Below, piece by piece: positions 10,621 to 23,873 of a DNA stretch of 36,818 nt; position 1 is the first letter of the stretch; every line of letters begins with the position of its first letter. The DNA is taken from NCBI RefSeq assembly GCF_006345805.1, contig NW_021836872.1, forward strand, positions 1 to 36,818, written 5' to 3'. The translations under genes and the position numbers were made by a program. The notes beneath the pieces were generated by a model. It saw nothing but the letters and a program-made list of their open reading frames with translations. It made no database searches and had not been told where the DNA came from. The stretch is from Octopus sinensis (lineage: Eukaryota).

Positions 10621-11329
10621 TCTATATATATAAAACTCAACTTGTGTGTCTGTATGTGTATCTGTGTGTGTGTCTGTGCGTTTAACTTCCTGGCACATCT
10701 CCTCCTAGCCAACAAATCGTAGAACCACCAAAAATGGGTCACTTAAAGTTTAGGTGAATGTAAATTGAACTGCGCTATTTTTGTTCCGAAATTCATCTCG
10801 CAAGTGCAAAAATCGATAATGTGTTTGTTTAGGCCTTATCCCATGCATTGAATAGTGAACTTTACTCAGCTGTTTGACGTGAACTGTGTTCACCACGCGT
10901 GCAGGCATGTGTAAATTGCATGAAAAATAAAAAATCAAGATATAAAAATGAATCGCTGTAAACATTGTAGAAATTTGGCAAAGAAATGAATTTTCGGGAT
11001 GTAGCCTGGAGGGTTTTTTCATATTAATCATTTGGACTTTGTGAACACACCAATTGTTTTCATAACATTTTTAACGCTTTGAATTAAATGTGACCATTTT
11101 GCATTGTGTCTGCAGTTTGAATCACTTTAACCAAATTTTAGCAGGCCGGATTTTTGATCATCACAATACATCGCCAGCGACTCCCTGAAACTCTCCCCTG
11201 AAATCCCCGTTGAGAGATCTATATATATAAAACTCAACTTATGTGTCTGTGTGTGTATCTGTGTTTGTGTGTTTAACTTTTGGATCTACCAAGTTTCATT
11301 ATTAAGGATAGAAAGTAGTGTGTAGCAAA
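10621..11329 (+). mobile_element. Two Helitron-type 5' ends (10621, 11218) of the same non-autonomous family, with no 3' end of their own seen
   Basis: Both start A|TCTATATATATAAAACTCAACTT(G/A)TGTGTCTGT..TGTATCTGTG...GTTTAACTT. Confidence 0.55.
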
Positions 11330-11717
11330 TCTATATATATAAAGCTGAAGTTGTCTGTTGTGGCAGGTTTGGTAGCCTTCAACTAACTCTATCTCCTTCG
11401 AGACCCTGCAGCACAAGTTGACCAAAATTGAGAGTATAATAGATGAAGGCTTGCTCTTCATTCTGTAGAAGATAAAATTCAAATCGGACCATGTTAACAC
11501 CAAAAATTATTTACATCAAAAAGGTGCTTTTTTTCTATGAAAATCCCTATTTTTTATGATTTTTGACTGCTGTGTCACTATTTTTCGGTGTATTTCAACT
11601 GGAAAAATGTTTACTTGAAGAGAATAACAAGTTGCATAATGCAAAATTTTTACTTTTCAAAAATTCCAATTCTAAAGGGTTGAAACAAACCCAAGCAACA
11701 CCAGGTGATACTGCTAG
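11330..11717 (+). mobile_element. Non-autonomous Helitron, 388 bp
   Basis: 5' A|TCTATATATATAAAG; 3' decayed hairpin cccaagcaacaccaggt followed by gatactgCTAG|T. Inserted between A and T with no TSD. Confidence 0.75.
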
Positions 11718-13819
11718 TTTTTGATAAAATTTAAAATATCAAATTTCCTATGAAAATATTTCCAAAAGAACAGTATGAAAGTAGTTGGCAGTTGAATAAG
11801 ATGTTACTTGTCAATAGAAACAGATAATTGTATACACTTATTCTATCAGGTAAAGAACTAGCTGCTTTGTACATCTGATTCCTGTCGCTTTGTCTCATAC
11901 CCAGCTGTTAAACCTTCTAAGTGAGAAAGATCAATCATATATCTTACCAGTTCACATGTATCACTTCAGTACTTGCCAGGAATTGCCTTCATATAAGAAC
12001 AAAATAGGCAGTTATGTTAATACATTTGCAGAGAAAAGTCCTCCAGATGGCCCACTCTTCTTTAACACCCATCCCATATGCTGTAACTCTTCATCATTCA
12101 TGGTATTTCCACTGTCCCAAGTTTCAGTTCCTATAATCCTGGTTTCAATCTAAAAAAAAAGTGAGTCTACACTCACACACACTTGCACGCACAAACATAT
12201 ATAGTTTAAAGAAAATAAACGTTAAAAAGGTCAACGCAGGAAGAAAGAAAGTTCGATAACTATGTTATTGTTTTAATGCTTGTATATATATGTCATATAT
12301 ATATATATCATATATATAATATATATATGTATGTTGTTTAATGTACTTAGTATATATTTTCATATATTGAAGATATTATCTAGTCAAGTTTTAAAGCATG
12401 CCTATGTTTGGTGAAAAAAATGGAAAAAGAAAGGTAAAAAAGAATTAGTTACATTCCCTTTGACTGTAGAATCATAAGGCTAGATGAGGCAGAATCATTG
12501 GAAGGGGTCTAAAGTGTACAAAACAGCTTCTCATTCTGGTGAGGTTGGTATTCTCCAGTTTGCCAAAAGAAACTTTGCCATATGTTTACATTTGCTGAAA
12601 ATTTCTGATCTGGAATTCAACAGTGTGGTGGAAGTTTTAGATCTAAAAAGGATGTGTAAAACTGCATAACTTTCATTTGTTTTATCCATTAACATATGAC
12701 ATGGATTTTTCTATAGTTTTCCACTTGATTGTATGTGGTGTGGAGTGTGTCGTAAAACCCATATATGGCTAGCTGACTTAGTTTTGTCCATGTGCCGGAA
12801 AAACATAGGTGTTCAGTGTGGCATTTTTTGAAGTTGCCTTTATACAACCTGATGTAATTCTTCTTTTTAGTTATGTTGTCATATAGTGTAACTGTAATTT
12901 CTGCTTCATATAAGATGAAGTTTATTGGGCACCCCTAGTTGAGTGGACAACGAATGGACAAGCTTCAGAGTCTCAGCAGTTATAACTGGAAGTGGGCTCT
13001 TGGTGGTGGTTATGGATGATGATGCTCTTTATATTGGGGGCAGCAGCTTTATGATAATTTATTTATCTGTTAAAGATCTTTCTGTACTTGTGATTTTCTG
13101 AGAAACGCTTATCTAAGAGAGAGAGAGGAATTTTTAAACTAAATTAGCTTTAACATTTTGGGAGAGTGAGGGCAAACCAAATTAATTTCCTATTCTAAGG
13201 TGCATCTTTTATTATTCATATTATTACTAGAAAAGTTGTAACATAAATTATCTTTGAAGCTACCATTACCTAGGACATTTTCATAGTAAGAGGCTCATCA
13301 AAAATCTCTTTAGTGGAAGAGAGGTTAAATATCCTGCTATTAATGTTTAGCTATCAGGTTTCTAAACCTGGTAGCAAAACTGCTTGTGAGTGCAGTTAAG
13401 TTTCTTGTTGCGTTTATGATATGGTTTATTAGAGTGAAAGTTTAGATCTCGGGAAACATCTTAAAATTGACTTTTAACAAATCGGTCATGACTGTGATTT
13501 TGAGGCTTAATTGACTAAAGGTAGTGAGTATGATCATTGCGGCCATGAGAAATTCCCAATCCATTGTTTAGGTGTAGACCAACATTGTGGGATGGGGACA
13601 TTGAACAATTCATTTGTATCAGATTTCTTAATCCATGGCTATCACTTACTTATCTACTTGCCCTCTTATTTCAGTCACACTCTTACTATCCTCTCTCACT
13701 CATGCTATTTCCCCCAACACTGTTCTGTCTAACTATTCAGCTGGTAAAGTCTCTTTCACCTTACAGTGTAGAAGGCAATCACTACTAAAATTTCACTCAT
13801 ATCATTCTATAAAGTGGTT

Positions 13820-14100
13820 GATGAGCTGTCTAGGATTAGTTAATAACTTATATTACCTAATTAATGAAAAGGGCAGGGGATCAGAGAGCATAGTAGTAAA
13901 GGTAAGAACTGATTGGAAGAAGTTCAGAAAGTTATGACCTCTGCTGGCAACAAAGGGTTTTTTTCTCAGAGTGTAAGATGGATTACATGATGCTTGTATA
14001 TGAAGTGTGATGCTGTTTAAAAGTGAGACATGGGCCTCTTTGAGTGCAAATTTATGAAGAGTAGAATTAAATGAACTGAACATAGTCTGCTGGATGTGTA
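13820..14100 (+). mobile_element. RTE-clade LINE fragment (family A)
   Basis: GSESIVVKVRTDWKKFRKL*PLLATKG..LRV...LHDACI*SVMLFKSETWA...VELNELNIVCWMCN; homologous to the RTE at 31990-32250. Confidence 0.75.
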
Positions 14101-16755
14101 ATAGTATACTATACTAGTGTAAGTATAGCATATACTATACTAGTGTAAGTATAGTATCATATATTATGTTTGCAAAATGATATAATCTGACCTTGCCAGC
14201 AATTTATATGTGTGTACTGTTTGCCAGGAATGCGTTTAATATGTAAATTAGTCTATCCAGTTGTGTCACACTGTTGAACATATTGGGTATTGAAGCAATG
14301 TATCCATGGACTGTTGGTGGGTTAGATGTGGTATTAATGAAAGAGCAATAACTCTTGAAATATGTAAATACACCCATTACCTTCATTTTCTCTCTTCAAT
14401 TGCATTGTTTACATAGACATATTCATTCGCAAATGTTGTAACTGGCAGTGCTGATTCTGGAAAGCTATCACTATAAAGCACCATAGGAGGGAGACAAGTA
14501 CAGTTTGACAATACAAGAATACACTGTTTGCTTTATCATTTTTTTGTCAAAATCATATTTCATTTGAAAGTTTTCTATGTGAACTTTCTTCTCATATAAT
14601 TTGAATCAAAATCCGACTCATGGCATTTTATGCCATTTTCCTTCAATCACCCTGGTATCTCCACCCATTCACAAAGTTTGTCCTTTTTTTTTTTTATTTT
14701 GACTACTGAAAGGTAGCTCTCATCTTTGTTCAGTGTGCTGGAGCACTATAACTTGATTCTTTTGCAGACCATACTGTCATGAAAAGGACTTTTACTGCTT
14801 TATTTTGATATAAAAATCAATGAAAGTAGGTCAAATATTCCCTATGACATATAAAAGTGAAAATGTTATCATCAACTTTCACTTAGAAAATAGTACATTT
14901 TCTTCAAGATTTTTATGTCATAAGAAAGAAAAATTACTTGCCAGTTAGATATGATCATTGCTGAATCTGGCCACAGTATGGTGAAAAAGTGCAAAGTCAA
15001 TAAAGAAAATGGTACACTGACACTACTAGTCTCTGTGGTGAGAGGTTAAACAGAACACAAATCTGAGGTTTCAGAATCCAAGGCTCTGGTTTGGGCCAGT
15101 GTTTCAAGAAATGAACTAATTACTAAGTAAACATATTTCTATAGAAAAATGCACTAAAATGAGCTGCTTCAGACTTCTAGAACCCATAATTAGCATAGAA
15201 TGATTGTATTGTGAATCTTTATTCCCTCTTGTTGTGTAACAAAGTGTGAAGATTGATGTCTGAATTATACCTTGTGGATATTCTTGTACATGTAAATTTC
15301 ATTGAGAAATATTGGTCAAATTTTGCAAACACAATTATATTGTACAATGAATATTATTTTGTAGACTATTTAGGTTCAATATGAAGCATTTTCTTTCCCA
15401 ATTTTGAATATAGTTGGATAATTTGTAGTAGTGTTTACATAGTCATTTTAGGTTTTTGTCTCTCTCTCCTACTAACAAGTTTGCTATGTTACAGATGTTT
15501 TTAATATCTTTAATTCAAGCTTTTAATGCTAAAGCAAGGAATTAGATTTTACATTTTGTTTGTCTTTTAATCTGGGTCTACATGCAATTCTGAGAAAGGT
15601 GCCAGGTCATCATGTCATGTGCTAGAAGCAACAGCTAAATCTTCTGTAAATCATACACTTTTTCATTTGAAAATGTTTTCAAAGATCATTTCATAACCCA
15701 AACGTTTCTCTTGTTTTTTTAAGTGCATTGTACAGAAAAAAGAGACCAAAATCAGTCCAGAGGGGAGGAAAGGAGGTTGGAAAAAATCATAGATTTTCAA
15801 TAAATTTTTCTATAACATACCTTGCCCTGTCATATCCAAGGCGGTGGTGAAAAGAAAATTGGAAAAATCCCCATCAAAATTCAGCTTAGATGGACATCCT
15901 GACCCCAACTCTGCTGCTTATAGCTATTTTTAATAGCCCATTAAAATTGTATTGAAATGGTGTCATGATCCCAAATCTCAGGATTTATTTAGCTTGTATC
16001 TATTACAAATATGCCAAAACTCAAGTCCTTGTGACTCGTACTTTTGAATTTAGCTAAGTCTGAAAACCCTGAAATTGACTGTTTGTTACATGTAACAAAA
16101 TAGGTTTTACATAAATATTTTTAAAATTGCTCCCAAAACAAAGTTTTATATTCAAAAACCTGAAAAAAAATAGAAAGAAAAAGAAAGCCACCTATTTGTG
16201 TAATACAAGTTGGTTATCACCTCAGTTTCAAAGATATATTACAAAATGGTCAATTATTCATGTAGGCTAATTAGGCAAGATTTTAACAAATTCACTGGAC
16301 ACCCAAGTCATCATATCTCCTAAAATATTCATTCAAATTTCACAAATGAGGTATCAAAATGTTTGTTTTTGGATGCTCTCCAAGAAAATGTACAGTAGAA
16401 ATTACATTTAAATAGTTTCAAAAATTCATAGTGACCCCTATAGAAAATCATATTTTACTTGGATGTTCTGAGGTATTTGAAAGAGAGAGTGTAATGGAAG
16501 ATGCTAAAGATATGACTAAACAAAACACTGTTTTTTCTTTGCATTTTTTAGATTAACTGTGTCTAGTATTTTTATTACTTATCCTCTATACTGCTCTTCC
16601 TAATTTCACCATGATAATACTTGCTCATGGGTTCCTGTTTTTGCAAAGACAAGTTCCTATGATTTATGTTGAATTATTTTTTACACTATTATTTTGCATC
16701 ACGGACTATTTGTAGAAATTGTTCCTATCAGTATTTATCATTTTCTTTGTAGATA

Positions 16756-16810
16756 ATGGAATTTAACCCGTTATATTTGAAATACTTGTTCCTTGCACAA
16801 TGCTTCTGTG
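16756..16810 (+). CDS. Host gene coding exon 1: signal peptide of an Ig-superfamily receptor (FGFR-like, tentative)
   Basis: Acceptor ttttctttgtAG at 16751-16752, then ataATGg (strong Kozak context). Encodes MEFNPLYLKYLFLAQCFC + g, with donor GTAAGT at 16811 (phase 1). Splices in frame to 30680, giving ...FCVSLG|IIEGG. Confidence 0.75.
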
Positions 16811-17109
16811 GTAAGTAACAATATGTCTCTTATATAAACATTTTTATTCAGAATTTTTAATTGTCATAAATTTGTATCCACTGTAGAATTTAATCATAAC
16901 TATTGCTGTTTGATCCTAAGGCCAGTGCTGATAAATTATGTTTAAAGGTGTTGCATATGTTGATATTTCATATTGTTTTTGCAGCTTCATTTTCCATTAT
17001 TAAGGTGATAAGTGGTGATTTGAGGTGAATTTGGCTGCTATTTCTAGCAGATTGACTTGAACCTGACTAGCCTACATCTATTTTCATGGCTACTATATAT
17101 TGGCACAGT

Positions 17110-17252
17110 TATAGAGCTTAGAAGTTTGTGTTCCAAACAACTAGCTTTGGGTTCAGTTTCACTGCATGGCACCTTAAGCAAGTATGTTATACTATAGCTC
17201 CAGATCAACCAAAGCATTCTGAGTAGATGTGGCAGATAACTGAAAGCCCATC

Positions 17253-17303
<51 letters not shown>
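17110..17303 (+). mobile_element. 5' half of a tRNA-derived SINE, ending in its internal (TA)n tract
   Basis: gggttcagtttcactgcatggcaccttaagcaagt...actgaaagcccatcatatata is homologous to the reverse complement of 33730-33890. Confidence 0.6.
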
Positions 17304-17305
<2 letters not shown>

Positions 17306-17391
17306 TGAGAAAGCACGTGGTTGAATATATAGAAAATAGTAAAAAGTGAAAAAACTACAGAAGGCTTGTTTTAAAAGGTTAAAAAATATAT

Positions 17392-19385
17392 TTAGTTAGT
17401 TAGTTAGTTAGTTAATTTGGCTCAAAAGCAAATAGCAAGGCCATGTAGGGGGACATGGAGTTAAGTACAGGGTGGTGTTCATGTAAAGAGTTCAGGCCAC
17501 TTGAGGTCCAGGGAGGCTTTGAACAAAGCGGTCGTCGGCATCTTCACCATCTCGTCTGGCAGCTTGTTCCACGGATCTGCAACCCGGACGGAGAAAGTTC
17601 CTCTCCTTCGATTGAGATGAAATCGTCGCAGGTAGAGCTTTTCGGAATGACCCCGCAGCCAACGCTCCGGAGCAGGAGTGAAGAACAGCTCTTTCGAGAG
17701 GTTACACTTCCCGCTTATGATGTTGTGGGCGAGAATGAGATCACCACGGCGGCAGCGTTTTTCAAGAGAACAAAGGTCGAGCGTCCTCAGCCTTTCTTCA
17801 TAGGACAAATTTTTGAGACCATGAACCATGCGGGTAGCCAGCCTCTGGACTCTTTCGAGGTGCTGTATGTCTTTGAGGAGATAAGGAGAAGAGGCTTGAA
17901 TCCCATACTCCAATATGGGTCTCACCAGCGTGACATAGAGTGGCAGGAATATGGCTGCTGTGAGCATTCCGAATGACCGTCGAATCAAAAACAGAATTCC
18001 GCGCGCTTTGTTGGCAGCATGGACGCACTGGGCCGAAGGCGAAAAGGAGGAATCCACCAAGATACTCAGGTCCTTTACCTGATCGGTCCTCTCCAGCAGC
18101 AGACGACCCGGCTCGAAATCAAGTTGAGTTGCAGGAGTAGAGCCGACAGGCAGATGACAGCACTTTGACACGTTCAGACACAGGTCCCAATCGTTAGACC
18201 ACTTCCAAATTTGGTGGAGGCATCGACGAAGATCCTCTATACTACCGCGAGGAGCGACCAGTTTGATATTGTCGGCAAATAGAAGGGTGTGTTCCGTGAG
18301 GTCGTCGGGCAAGTCGTTTATGAAGACTAAGAACAACAAGGGCCCAAGCACTGAACCTTGAGGCACGCCACTGCTCGCACTGGAGACGTTGGACCGTGAA
18401 CCATTAACTTGAACTTGGAAGGAGCGATCTGAGAGGAAGGCACCAACCCATCGTACAATATCCGGATGGAAACTATATGCTTGAAGCTTGACAAGTAGTA
18501 GGCGGTGGTTTACCGAGTCAAAAGCTTTGGCAAAGTCCAATAAAACGATGTCAACAGCATCACTATCATCGAGGATGCGCGTCACCAATTCTTCCATTAC
18601 TAGTAAGTTGGTCAAGCATGATCTCTTCGGCACGAAGCCGTGTTGGGAATCAGTGATCGAGGCTGTGTTTAGGAGGTGGAGCATCATACTTTTCTTAAGG
18701 ATGGTTTCGAACATCTTGCTGATTATTGATGTAAGGGAAACCGGTCGGTAGTTAAGCGGGCCTTCGCGGCTCCCTTTCTTGAAAATTGGGCAGATTATCG
18801 CTGTTCTCCAGTCTGCAGGTATAACACCCGTCGCCAATGACATATTGAATAGTCGTGTTAAGGGCTCGCAAATGACCGGAGCCAACGCTTTGATAACCAG
18901 TGGGTGTATGCCGTCAGGGCCGTGATCCTTGTTGACATCGAGGCCTTGAATAACACGTTTGACTTGGTCCCGCGTGATGATCAATCGAAGCATTGGAGGT
19001 ACCGATCTATCAAATGGAGGGGGTTCACGACCATCATCTTGTTTGAAAATAGTTGAAAAAGCCTCAGCAAATAATTGACTCTGTTGATAAGGATCCTCAA
19101 TCGATACGCCTGTTGAGTCTACCAACGTTGCAATCTGGTTGTTCAAGCGGGAATTCCGCTGGACATGGGCAAAGAAGGTTTTGGGATTGCTACTGGCATT
19201 TGCCGCGATTTTGTATTCATAACTGAAGCGTTCCTTCTTTTCAATTTTCACGGCTCGGTCTCGTTGAGTTTTGTACACCTCAAAAGCTGCAGTCGAATCC
19301 AGATTTTTGAATTCAGCCCAAGCAATATCTCTGAGTCGACGTTCTCGTTTAACCTTCTTCGTCACCCAGGGCTTGTGTTTCTTCT
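17392..19385 (-). mobile_element. CR1-group LINE, 5'-truncated, with an uninterrupted 628-codon RT ORF (17479-19365) and (TAAC)n tail
   Basis: GPDGIHP, NYRPVSLTS, QHGF, DFAKAFDSV, GVPQGSVLGPLLF, FADN (catalytic FADD changed to FADN), RRGDL, FSVRV..WNKLP. No endonuclease domain present. The tail reads ttagttagttag on +. Confidence 0.95.
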
Positions 19386-19900
19386 CCTTATCTCCTCAAG
19401 CTTCTTCTCCTTATCTCCTCAAAGACATACATCATCTCGAAAGAGTCCAGAAGCTGGCTACCTGCATGGTTCTTGGTCTCAAGCATTTGTCTTATGAAGA
19501 AAGGCTGAAGACGCTCGACCTTTATTCTCTCGAAAAACACAGCCACCGTGGTTATCTCATTCTCACTCACAACATCATAAGCGGAAAGTGTAACCTCTCA
19601 AAAGAGCTGTTCTTCACTCCTGCTCCAGAGCGTGGGTTGCAGGGTCACTCCGAAAAGCTCTATTTATGACGATTTCATCTCAATTGAAGGAGAGGGGCTT
19701 TCTCCGTCCGGGTTGAGGATCCGTGGAATAAGCTGCCGGATGAGATAGTGAAGATGCCGATGACTGCTCGGTTCAAAGTCTCTCTTGACCAGAAATAGCC
19801 TGAACTCTTTGTATGACCACCCTCCCTGTACATATCTCTCTGTCCCCCTACATGGCCTTGCTTTTGCTTTTTGAGCCAATAAAAATTGAATTGAATTGAA
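19386..19900 (+). mobile_element. Second, older 3'-end copy of the same CR1 family in opposite orientation, with (ATTGA)n tail
   Basis: About 85-90% identical by eye to the reverse complement of 17410-17900. It carries CGA>TGA and TGG>TAG stops and ends aaaaattgaattgaattgaa. Confidence 0.92.
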
Positions 19901-22313
19901 AAAATACTCTGCCAGAACCTTGGACCCTACACTACAAAAATGTTTTGCTGTTTTTACCAAGTTTGCCCTCAGTAGCTGCCCAAACTCCTCTGCTGAAAGC
20001 TTCCCTGGAATTATATCAGGGAAGCTTTGTATACCACATCAATAGATACTTTCGGCATGAGAGAAAGGCAAAACCCAGATTGGTTCAGTGCTGAGCTCTC
20101 AGCTGGAAACAGTTATCGAAGCAAAGTGTGCAGCTCTGATGCAATACAAGAGTGATTCTTCTACAAAGTCACTCAAAGAACTCAGAAAGGCAAGAAATAA
20201 AACCCAACTGACTGCCAGACGCCATGCAAATAGGTACTGGCAGGAAATCTGTCAGAGTATCCAGTCAGCTGCTGACGGTGGTGACACCTGTGGGATGTAT
20301 GCCGGTTTGAGAAGGCCCTCGGTCCATCCGCAACTAAGTCAGCCCCTCTGAAATCAACTACTGGAGATCTCATCAAGGACCAAATCAAGCAAATGGATAG
20401 ATTAGTGGAGTACTACCAGGATCTCTACTCACGGGAGACCACGGTAGCTGAGTCTGCAATCGAGGATGTCAAGATCTTCCCAGTCATGTGTGAACTTGAC
20501 AGTCTGCCATCTATAGCAGAACTCACCAAGGCTATTGACTCCCTAGCAAGAAATAATGCTCCGGGAAAAGATGGCATCCCCTCAGAGATCATCAAAACCG
20601 GCAAAAACACCATCCTGCTTCAGCACCTTCATGAGCTTCTGTATCAGTGCTGGGAAGAGGGTACAGTCGCTCAGGATATGCAGGATGCTAACATCATTAC
20701 ACTTTGCAAAAACAAAGGTGACCGTGGTAATTGTAACAATTACCGTGGAATATCTCTTCTAAGCACTGTTGGAAAGACCTTTGCTCACGTTATCCTGTCC
20801 AGGCTACAACTGCTTACTTCTCAAATTTATTCAGAATCACAGTGTGGCTTTAGAAGAAGCAGATCAACTATTGACATGATATTCTCCATACTTCAGGAGA
20901 AGTCCAGACAGCAGAAAATGTCATTAGATATGGTCTTCATTGATCTGACAAAAGCCTTTGACTTGGTAAGTAGAAAAGTCCTCTTCATCCTGCTCCAATA
21001 AATCGGATGTCCACTAAAGCTGCTGGGGATCATCAAATCTTTCCATGATGATATGCAAGACATCATACAGCACAACGATTCAACATCAGCCGCCTTCCAA
21101 ATAAAAAATGGGGTAAAGCAAGGTTGTTCCTTGCTCTTATATTATTTGGCATCTTCTTCTCACTGCTGCTGTCACATGCCTTTGAGACATCAGATGATGG
21201 AATCTTTCTGTACAGTAGAAGTGATGGGAAACTGTTCACTCTCTCGCGTCTGTGTGCCAAGACCAAAATCAAAAGTGTCCTGATCAAGGAAATACTATTT
21301 GCTGATGATGCCGCTCTGGTATCACACACAGAAGAAGCCTTGCAAAGGCTTATCAACTGTTTTGAGCAAGCATGTAGTGACTTTGGCTTAGTTATCAGCC
21401 TCAAGAAGACCAACATCATGGGTCAGGCTACATAGGACATCCCAAACACACATATTGGAGACCACAGACTACAGGAAGTGGAGAAGTTTACTTATTTTGG
21501 CTCTACCGTCACCTACAACCTATCCCTTGATGCTGAGCTAAATATACGCATTGGCAAGGCAGATGCTGTGATGGCCCAACTCTCCAAATGGGCATGGGAC
21601 AACAATAAGCTGACCAAGACCACAAAAATGAAGATTTACCAGGCATGTGTACTTAGCACTCTACTGTATGGAAGTGAGTCTTGGACACCATATACACGCC
21701 AAGAGCGTCGCCTAAATATCTTTCACCTGCACTGCCTCTGGAAAATCCTTCTCATCAAATGGCAGGACCATGTCTCCAACAAAGATATCCTCAAGCAAGC
21801 AGGAATACCAAGCTTGTTTGCACTCCTCACACAAAGACGTATGAGGTGGCTTGGACATGTTAGCCATATGGAAGATGGCAGAATCCCCAAGGACATACTC
21901 TATGGAGAGCTTGCTTGGGGCACTAGGTCTGTGGGAAGACAGTTCTTACGATACAAGGATGTTTGCAAAAGGGACATGAAGGCCTGCAACATTAATATAA
22001 CCAACTGGGAAGCAGTTGCCAGCAACCGTGGAGATTGGCGACGTACTGTAAAAGAGGGAACACAAAGGAGTGACATAGAGAGAGAGGAGAAATGGAAAAA
22101 CAAGAAAAGATTTCAAGAAGAAACTATGACATTACAACCAGCCAGGCAAAGTCTTCGCTACATTTGTGGCACCTGCTTGAGGGATTGTTTGTCCAGTATA
22201 GGACTACACAGCCAAAGCAGGAGATGTATTAGGACATGAAATGTAAAAGCCAGACTAGATTATTTTATATGCAACTCCATTGTCTCGCGAGACTAAAAGG
22301 ATGCCAACAACAA
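19901..22313 (+). mobile_element. RTE-clade LINE (family B), 5'-truncated and pseudogenised, with (CAA)n tail
   Basis: RERQNPDWF, APGKDGIP, NYRGISLLS, ESQCGFR, FIDLTKAFDLVSR, GVKQGC, LFADD, YGSESW, RWLGHV, C-terminal CGTC.RDC.S.IGL.S, and 3' end ccattgtctcgcgagactaaaaggatgccaacaacaa. Several stops and frameshifts. Confidence 0.92.
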
Positions 22314-22319
22314 TATATA

Positions 22320-22545
22320 TGGATTTCGTAGACAGGAACTGAAACAAATCAACTGTATATATATATATATATGTATGTATATATGTAAGTGTATGTGTGT
22401 GTCTTTGTGTTTCACCCTCATCACTGCTGTTCATTTATTTACATCCACACAACCGACTGTTTTCACAAGAACAAACTAATAGAATAAGTACCAGGCTTAT
22501 CGACATAAATAAAGCACTAGGCTGTGTCTCATATTTTTGTTTGCC
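22320..22545 (+). mobile_element. Degraded SINE (middle, internal TA/TG tract and 3' half)
   Basis: ggatttcgtagacaggaactgaaa, a (TA)n/(TG)n tract and aatagaataagtaccaggctt match the element at 33430-33890. Confidence 0.55.
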
Positions 22546-22577
22546 CACTCAGTTGTATCTATCAATTTGTCTTTTTA

Positions 22578-22717
22578 TGTGTGTGTGTGTGTATATCTAT
22601 ATGTATTTATGTATGTATGTATGTATGTATGTATGTATGTATGTATGTATGTATGTATGTATGTATGAATGTATGTATGTAACTATCTATCTATATATCT
22701 ATCTATCTATCTATCTA

Positions 22718-22772
<55 letters not shown>
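22578..22772. repeat. Compound microsatellite (TG)n-(TATG)n-(TATC)n-(TA)n
   Basis: Direct reading. Confidence 0.95.
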
Positions 22773-22779
<7 letters not shown>

Positions 22780-22987
22780 GAAAAAAACCATCTTTTATCA
22801 ATTCAAAATGAACAATTAAATTACACCCTTTAGAAAGTTACCTATAATAGAAATATTAACATTAAAATAGCAATAAAATGTCAATGATTAAGTAAATTGC
22901 TAAAAAATAAAATAATAATATATATTATATTGTGTGAAACTTGATTTAGTACTTCTAAATAAGTTTTGGATTTTATTTCCTCAAATA

Positions 22988-23027
<40 letters not shown>

Positions 23028-23873
23028 TAACACCCTAATGGGAGCCTTAACTCCCAAATTTTAGTAATTTCTTTTATGATCCAAAACTAGGTCAAAAGTA
23101 CTGAATGAATCTTTATGAAATTTGGAAATTATATTCTATGCATAAGGGCCATAAACCCCATGACAATTCATGTAATTTTGCTGTTGATGAAATTTTAATC
23201 ATAGATATTAGACACAAATGAAGTAATATTTATAAAATTTCATCTTCTTACAAGTTAGAAAGACCCCTCCATGGGGACTTAACACGCACAATTTTGTCAT
23301 TTTATCTAAGCATAAATGAATACAGTTGTGCTCTTGGAAGCTGTAGGGTTACCTGAGCATAAAAGATGAGCATTATTTATGGTGAGGAATCCTACATTGG
23401 GAGTGGTATCTACTAGGGTAGGATAGCTGACTGCTTATTGTGATGATTCATCTTTTGGTTTCCTGTAGCTTTGCTCTCTTTTACAAACCCAGTGAACATA
23501 TATTTCCTATTTCAAAGAAATTCAAGCAATAGATATAAGACCAAAGTTAAAAAGATTCTCAACAATTCAACTTCTCTGGTTGACATTAAGATGCCCACCC
23601 CCAATAGGGGCATTAACTCTCACATTTTAGAGCTCTATGACCTCCATTTTTCAGGAGCAAAATCCTTTTAACAGGTTCCATAAAACTGGAATTTTGGAAT
23701 ATGCGCATAAAAATCAGTAGTATGGGATACATGTGGCACAATTACAATTTTGTTTGTGTGTGTAAAGAGGCAAATAACCCTCATCTGCAATTTTGATGAA
23801 ATTCGAAACATAGGTATTCCAGTTCATTACAGAAAATATAACAGAAAAGTCTAATTCTTCAATTGTGTGTAAC

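Noticed and set aside
14104-14157. 26-bp direct tandem duplication containing GTAAGT
   Set aside because: A simple local duplication at the end of an RTE fragment, with no exon upstream of it.
15700-16500. Transposon-like subterminal sequence (also 6280-6580)
   Set aside because: I could not identify matching TIRs or TSDs by eye, so no element is called.
17455-18751. Plus-strand ORFs 17455-17976 and 18488-18751
   Set aside because: They are antisense shadows of the CR1 RT ORF.
17479-19365. 628-aa RT ORF as an active or domesticated reverse transcriptase
   Set aside because: It is 5'-truncated with no endonuclease and no real start context, and the catalytic FADD is changed to FADN. An open frame is explained by recent insertion.
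17381-19906. AAAAAATA on both sides of the CR1 pair as a shared TSD (single-event origin)
   Set aside because: Low-complexity match in AT-rich DNA. The arms differ in age and tail type, and the right-hand copy overlaps RTE sequence.
22397-22774. 125-aa ORF with MYVC/IY repeats
   Set aside because: It is a translation of microsatellites.
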